This document shows positions 60,198-64,000 of a stretch of DNA of 64,000 nucleotides, piece after piece. The position numbers and the translations under genes are program-made. Where the stretch lies: positions 627 through 64,626 of the forward strand of contig JACRPW010000044.1 in assembly GCA_016223005.1 (NCBI GenBank), read 5' to 3'. The DNA comes from Deltaproteobacteria bacterium. Lineage in GTDB: Bacteria > Desulfobacterota > GWC2-55-46 > UBA9637 > GWC2-42-11. How positions within the stretch are numbered: the first letter of the stretch is position 1; every line of letters starts with the position of its first letter. The notes under the pieces were generated by a model, which worked only from the letters and a program-made list of their open reading frames with translations, was not told the DNA's origin and made no database searches.

Positions 60198-61396
60198 CTG
60201 CAGAAAAAAAGGCTAAATGCTCTACAGGGCTTACAGGAAACATCGCTGTTGCCTATGCAATGAAGCAAATCAACCCTGATGTAGTCGCAGCGTATCCCAT
60301 AACCCCTTCAACAACTGTTGTAGAAGAATTTTCCAGTTATGTTGCAGATGGCGCTGTTACCACAGAATTAATTACAGTTGAAAGCGAGCATTCTGCTATG
60401 AGCGCATGCATAGGCGCTGCTGCGGCAGGCGCAAGGGTTATGACAGCCACTTCTTCGCAGGGTCTTGCACTTATGTGGGAGATGCTTTATATCGCATCGG
60501 GCATGAGGCTTCCTATTGTTATGACATGCGTGAATAGGGCATTGTCAGCGCCTTTAAATATCCACTGCGACCATTCTGATTCAATGGGCGCAAGGGATTC
60601 GGGCTGGATTCAACTTTATTCAGAGACTGTTCAGGAGGCATACGATAATGTCGTACAGGCTGTAAGGATTGCAGAGCATGGGAATTTGCTGCTTCCTGTA
60701 ATGGTCTGCCTTGACGGGTTCATCACAAGCCATTCCATTGAAAATCTCTGTGTCTTTGATGATGACACTGTAAAGGGTTTTATAGGTGAATACAAACTAA
60801 ATCAGCCGTCGCTTCTGGATGTTGAACACCCCACATCATACGGCGCGGTAGCACTGCCTGATTCATATATAGAGAGCAGGAGACAACTGGCAGAGGCAAT
60901 GATAAATGCAAAGGATGTTATAACGGATGTTGCAAAGGAGTATGAAAAGGTGTCAGGCAGGCATTACGGACTTATGGAAAGGTATATGATGGATGATGCA
61001 GATGCGGCAATAGTCATAATGAGTTCTGCTGCAGGCACAACAAAGGTTGCTGTGGATGAGATGAGGAAAAGGGGATTAAAGGTCGGGCTTTTAAAACCAA
61101 GGGTCTTCAGACCATTCCCATATATTGAAATTGCGGATGCCCTTAAAAATATAAAGTCTGTTGCAGTCCTTGACAGGGCTGACTCTTACAGTTCATTTGG
61201 CGGACCATTATTTACAGAAATCAGGTCATCTTTATACGAACTTGACAAGAGACCAAAAATCATCAGCAGGATTTTCGGTCTGGGCGGCAGGGAATATGGT
61301 GTTCAGGATGCTGTCAAGATATTTGAAGAACTTTTGAAAATAAAGGAAACAGGCAAGGTTGATAAATTGTATAACTATATAACTGTGAGGGAATAA
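60194..61396 (+). CDS. porA: Pyruvate:ferredoxin oxidoreductase alpha subunit
   Basis: GNIAVAYAMKQINPDVVAAYPITPST, the typical alpha N-terminus. Confidence 0.9.
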   Translation: MTAEKKAKCSTGLTGNIAVAYAMKQINPDVVAAYPITPSTTVVEEFSSYVADGAVTTELITVESEHSAMSACIGAAAAGARVMTATSSQGLALMWEMLYIASGMRLPIVMTCVNRALSAPLNIHCDHSDSMGARDSGWIQLYSETVQEAYDNVVQAVRIAEHGNLLLPVMVCLDGFITSHSIENLCVFDDDTVKGFIGEYKLNQPSLLDVEHPTSYGAVALPDSYIESRRQLAEAMINAKDVITDVAKEYEKVSGRHYGLMERYMMDDADAAIVIMSSAAGTTKVAVDEMRKRGLKVGLLKPRVFRPFPYIEIADALKNIKSVAVLDRADSYSSFGGPLFTEIRSSLYELDKRPKIISRIFGLGGREYGVQDAVKIFEELLKIKETGKVDKLYNYITVRE

Positions 61397-62329
61397 ATGG
61401 CTACTTTAAAAGAACTTACAGGTAAAAAGGAATTATTTGCAGGCGGGCACCGTCTATGTTCAGGGTGCGGCATACCGCCTATAGTAAGACTGATACTTCG
61501 GTCAACCGAGCACCCCATTGTTGCATCAACTGCAACAGGGTGTCTTGAGGTGGGCACCAGCATATATCCATATACATCATGGAGGATACCGTGGATACAT
61601 AGTGCATTTGAAAACACTGCTGCAACCATCAGCGGGATTGAGACAGCATACAGGGCATTAAAAAAAAGAGGCAGACTTCCTGCTGATAAGGAAATAAAGT
61701 TTGTTGCATTCGGCGGTGACGGCGGCACCTATGACATAGGGCTTCAGGCTTTATCAGGTGCTTTGGAAAGGAGACACTCTTTCCTCTATGTGTGTTATGA
61801 CAACGGGGCATACATGAACACAGGTATCCAGAGGTCAAGTTCAACCCCATTCGGTGCAAACACAACCACATCACCTGTCGGAGAGGTAATACCCGGAAAA
61901 CAGGAATTCAGGAAAGACCTTACAAAAATCGTAATTGCCCACAATGTTCCATATGCGGCACAGGCATCACCGCATAACTGGAAAGACCTGAACAACAAGG
62001 CACAGAAGGCACTGGCAATAAATGGGCCTACATTTTTAAATATTATTTCACCCTGTCCGCTCGGCTGGTATACAAAGCCTGAAGAATCCATAGAGATTGC
62101 AAAGGTCGCTGTAGATACATGCTTCTGGCCGCTTTATGAAGTTGAAAACAGCATATTAAAGGTCAATTATAAACCAAAGGAAAAAAGAGCAATAGAAGAC
62201 TGGCTCAAGATGCAGGGAAGGTTTAAGCATTTATTCTTACCGAACAACAAATGGATGATTGACAAATTTCAGGAATATATCAATAAAGAATGGGAAAGAC
62301 TTTTAATGCTTGATGGAAAGCAGGTGTAA
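61397..62329 (+). CDS. porB: Pyruvate:ferredoxin oxidoreductase beta subunit (TPP-binding)
   Basis: CSGCG...GGDGGTYDIG TPP-binding motif. Confidence 0.9.
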   Translation: MATLKELTGKKELFAGGHRLCSGCGIPPIVRLILRSTEHPIVASTATGCLEVGTSIYPYTSWRIPWIHSAFENTAATISGIETAYRALKKRGRLPADKEIKFVAFGGDGGTYDIGLQALSGALERRHSFLYVCYDNGAYMNTGIQRSSSTPFGANTTTSPVGEVIPGKQEFRKDLTKIVIAHNVPYAAQASPHNWKDLNNKAQKALAINGPTFLNIISPCPLGWYTKPEESIEIAKVAVDTCFWPLYEVENSILKVNYKPKEKRAIEDWLKMQGRFKHLFLPNNKWMIDKFQEYINKEWERLLMLDGKQV

Positions 62330-62398
62330 GTTTCAGATAAGAAGGTTTTTTTAAGTCCCCAAAAATAGACATTGATTTTTGGGGAAAGTCAAATAACC

Positions 62399-62426
62399 TT
62401 GACAATACCATCTTATCTGTTACAAT
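62399..62426 (+). promoter_or_regulatory. Candidate sigma70 promoter TTGACA-16-TACAAT for rpsU
   Basis: Consensus -35, 16-nt spacer, near-consensus -10, ~70 nt upstream of the rpsU ATG with a GAGGAGGGGGTG SD. Confidence 0.5.
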
Positions 62427-62497
62427 CTGATATCCGATTTATGTGCCTAATATTTTTATTTTAACTATTTTTGCATAGAGGAGGGGGTGAAAAATGA

Positions 62498-62695
62498 ATG
62501 CCGGGTATTAGGGTTAAAGACAACGAGTCATTTGAGAGTGCCCTTAAAAGGTTTAAAAAACAGTGTGAAAAGGCAGGGATACTCTCTGAGATTAAAAAAC
62601 GGGAACATTATGAAAAACCGAGTGTAAAAAAGAAAAAAAAGACAATTGCAGCAAGGAAACGGGCTGCAAAGAAGGTTAAAAGAAGAGAGTTTTAA
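62498..62695 (+). CDS. rpsU: 30S ribosomal protein S21
   Basis: [21 protein letters not shown], highly conserved S21. Confidence 0.95.
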   Translation: MPGIRVKDNESFESALKRFKKQCEKAGILSEIKKREHYEKPSVKKKKKTIAARKRAAKKVKRREF

Positions 62696-62697
62696 AG

Positions 62698-63162
62698 ATG
62701 CCGCTAAGAGAAGATTTGATAAATCAGATGAATCAGGCTGCAAAGTCACAGAATAAAGGGAAACTTGGAACATTACGGTTTATTCTTGCAGCAGTAAAAA
62801 ACAAAGAAATAGAACTTAAGAAAAGGGAAAGCGGACTATCTGACGAGGAGATTATTTATGTAATCTCCAGCATGATAAAGCAGAGGCTTGATTCTATTGA
62901 GCAGTTTCAAAAAGGGGGGCGTGAGGACCTTGTCCAAAAGGAATTAGCAGAACTTGCTATCCTTAAAACATTCATGCCCCCTCAACTCTCCAGAGAAGAG
63001 GTAATAACAATTGTCGAGCAAACTGCAGTCAATATAAATGCAGCAGGACTTCGCGACATGGGAAGGCTTATGAAAGAGGTAATGCCAAAACTTATCGGCA
63101 AGGCAGATGGGAAATTGATAAGTGATGCAGTAAAAGAGGTGCTAGCTTCATTGCAGCATTAA
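62698..63162 (+). CDS. yqeY: GatB/YqeY domain protein
   Basis: YqeY-family sequence immediately after rpsU, the conserved pairing. Confidence 0.8.
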   Translation: MPLREDLINQMNQAAKSQNKGKLGTLRFILAAVKNKEIELKKRESGLSDEEIIYVISSMIKQRLDSIEQFQKGGREDLVQKELAELAILKTFMPPQLSREEVITIVEQTAVNINAAGLRDMGRLMKEVMPKLIGKADGKLISDAVKEVLASLQH

Positions 63163-63821
63163 CCGCCAATCACAGTTTCTAACCCTTCTATAATCTCTTT
63201 TATCCGTTCTGGCTTTATTTTCAAGGATGCCCTATTTACAATAAGTTTACTTGTAACCCTCATGATTTCTTCAACCTCAACAAGACCATTCTTCTTGAGT
63301 GTCTCACCTGTTGATACAAGGTCAACAATCCTTTCAGACAAACCAAGTATCGGTGCAAGCTCAATTGAACCATAAAGTTTTATAATATCAACCTGAATGC
63401 CTTTATCTAAAAAATATTTGAGCGTAATATTTGGATATTTGGTTGCTACCCTTATATGTGTCCAGTGGTGAGGATTATCCTTTTTGCCAAGTTCCTTTGG
63501 CTCTGCAACTATCATTTTGCAAAAGCCTATGCCCATATCAATGGGTTCGTAGACATCCCTGCCCTGTTCAAGGAGAACATCCCTGCCGACTATACCCATG
63601 TCTGCAGCACCGTATTCAACATAGGTCGGCACATCCTGTGCCCTTACAACCATAAATTTCACATTAGATTTTTTATCTTCAAAAATGAGTTTTCTGCTGT
63701 CATCAAGTATGCCCTTTACCTGTATGCCAATCTTTTTAAAGAGACTAACTGCCTCTTTCATTACCCGTCCCTTTGGCAAGGCTATTGTCAATGGTTCTTG
63801 TATTTTCTTTAAAGATTTCAT
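63159..63821 (-). CDS. hisG: ATP phosphoribosyltransferase, short form (HisZ-dependent)
   Basis: LTIALPKGRV N-terminus, ~220 aa without the C-terminal regulatory domain. Confidence 0.92.
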   Translation of the reverse strand: MKSLKKIQEPLTIALPKGRVMKEAVSLFKKIGIQVKGILDDSRKLIFEDKKSNVKFMVVRAQDVPTYVEYGAADMGIVGRDVLLEQGRDVYEPIDMGIGFCKMIVAEPKELGKKDNPHHWTHIRVATKYPNITLKYFLDKGIQVDIIKLYGSIELAPILGLSERIVDLVSTGETLKKNGLVEVEEIMRVTSKLIVNRASLKIKPERIKEIIEGLETVIGG

Positions 63822-64000
63822 ATCTGTATTATTTGAGTATTAGTTGAGTGTGTAATTTAGCATGGTAGTGTCGTATTGTCAATCAATTGGAAAACCACCC
63901 AAAAATAGACATTGATTTTTGGGGAAACCACTGTAATTTAAAAATTTATGCATATTTATGTTGACTAGGATTGTTAAAAGTTGTATTAAATAGTTGTTAA

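Overview
This 64 kb window looks like a bacterial chromosome (about 40% GC, based on gene content alone). It is mostly housekeeping genes with one accessory island at the left edge.

**Left edge, 1..2355.** The 5' ~1.3 kb of a type V-A cas12a (cpf1) gene lies on the minus strand and runs off the window start. It has an apparent -1 frameshift near 294. Directly upstream is a toxin-first BrnT/BrnA toxin-antitoxin cassette. The cassette is bracketed by two ~170-nt, ~93%-identical, hairpin-rich direct repeats. BrnT carries a 33-bp in-frame tandem duplication. No CRISPR array, cas1, cas2 or cas4 is visible inside the window.

**Rest of the window.** In order: a GH57 glycoside hydrolase that appears frame-split, yajQ, tldD, thiE-thiD, tsaE, nnr and proA. 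Then comes a complete, syntenic dcw cell-division/cell-wall cluster (mraZ-rsmH-ftsL-ftsI-murE-murF-mraY-murD-ftsW-murG-murC-murB-ddl-ftsQ-ftsA-ftsZ), all on the minus strand. After it lie coaX and an EF-G paralog. A NusG/UpxY-like antiterminator gene then heads a nucleotide-sugar cluster (UDP-sugar epimerase, dehydrogenase, phosphomannomutase, manC). The remaining genes are ffh-rpsP-khpA-rimM-trmD-rplS, rnhB, yraN, rarA, aspS, queE, tRNA-Gly, a DgkA-PAP2 fusion, lnt, serA, hisZ, purA, tRNA-Ser, SRP RNA (ffs)-dnaX-ybaB-recR, the four-subunit pyruvate:ferredoxin oxidoreductase porCDAB, rpsU, yqeY and hisG.

**Most unusual feature.** Short tandem repeats with a 7-nt period, and mini-palindromes flanked by short direct repeats, are scattered across the window. 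Many sit inside essential genes (thiD, ddl, murD, murG, the UDP-sugar dehydrogenase gene at 35953..37257, manC, lnt), where they are translated in-frame as low-complexity peptide insertions. One extra heptamer unit is exactly what splits murG into two reading frames. Several other small intergenic repeat families recur across the window, including a 26-bp palindrome with three promoter-proximal copies.

**Frame-disrupted genes.** cas12a, the GH57 gene and murG each carry an apparent frameshift. Assembly indel errors therefore have to be excluded before any of these is called a pseudogene.
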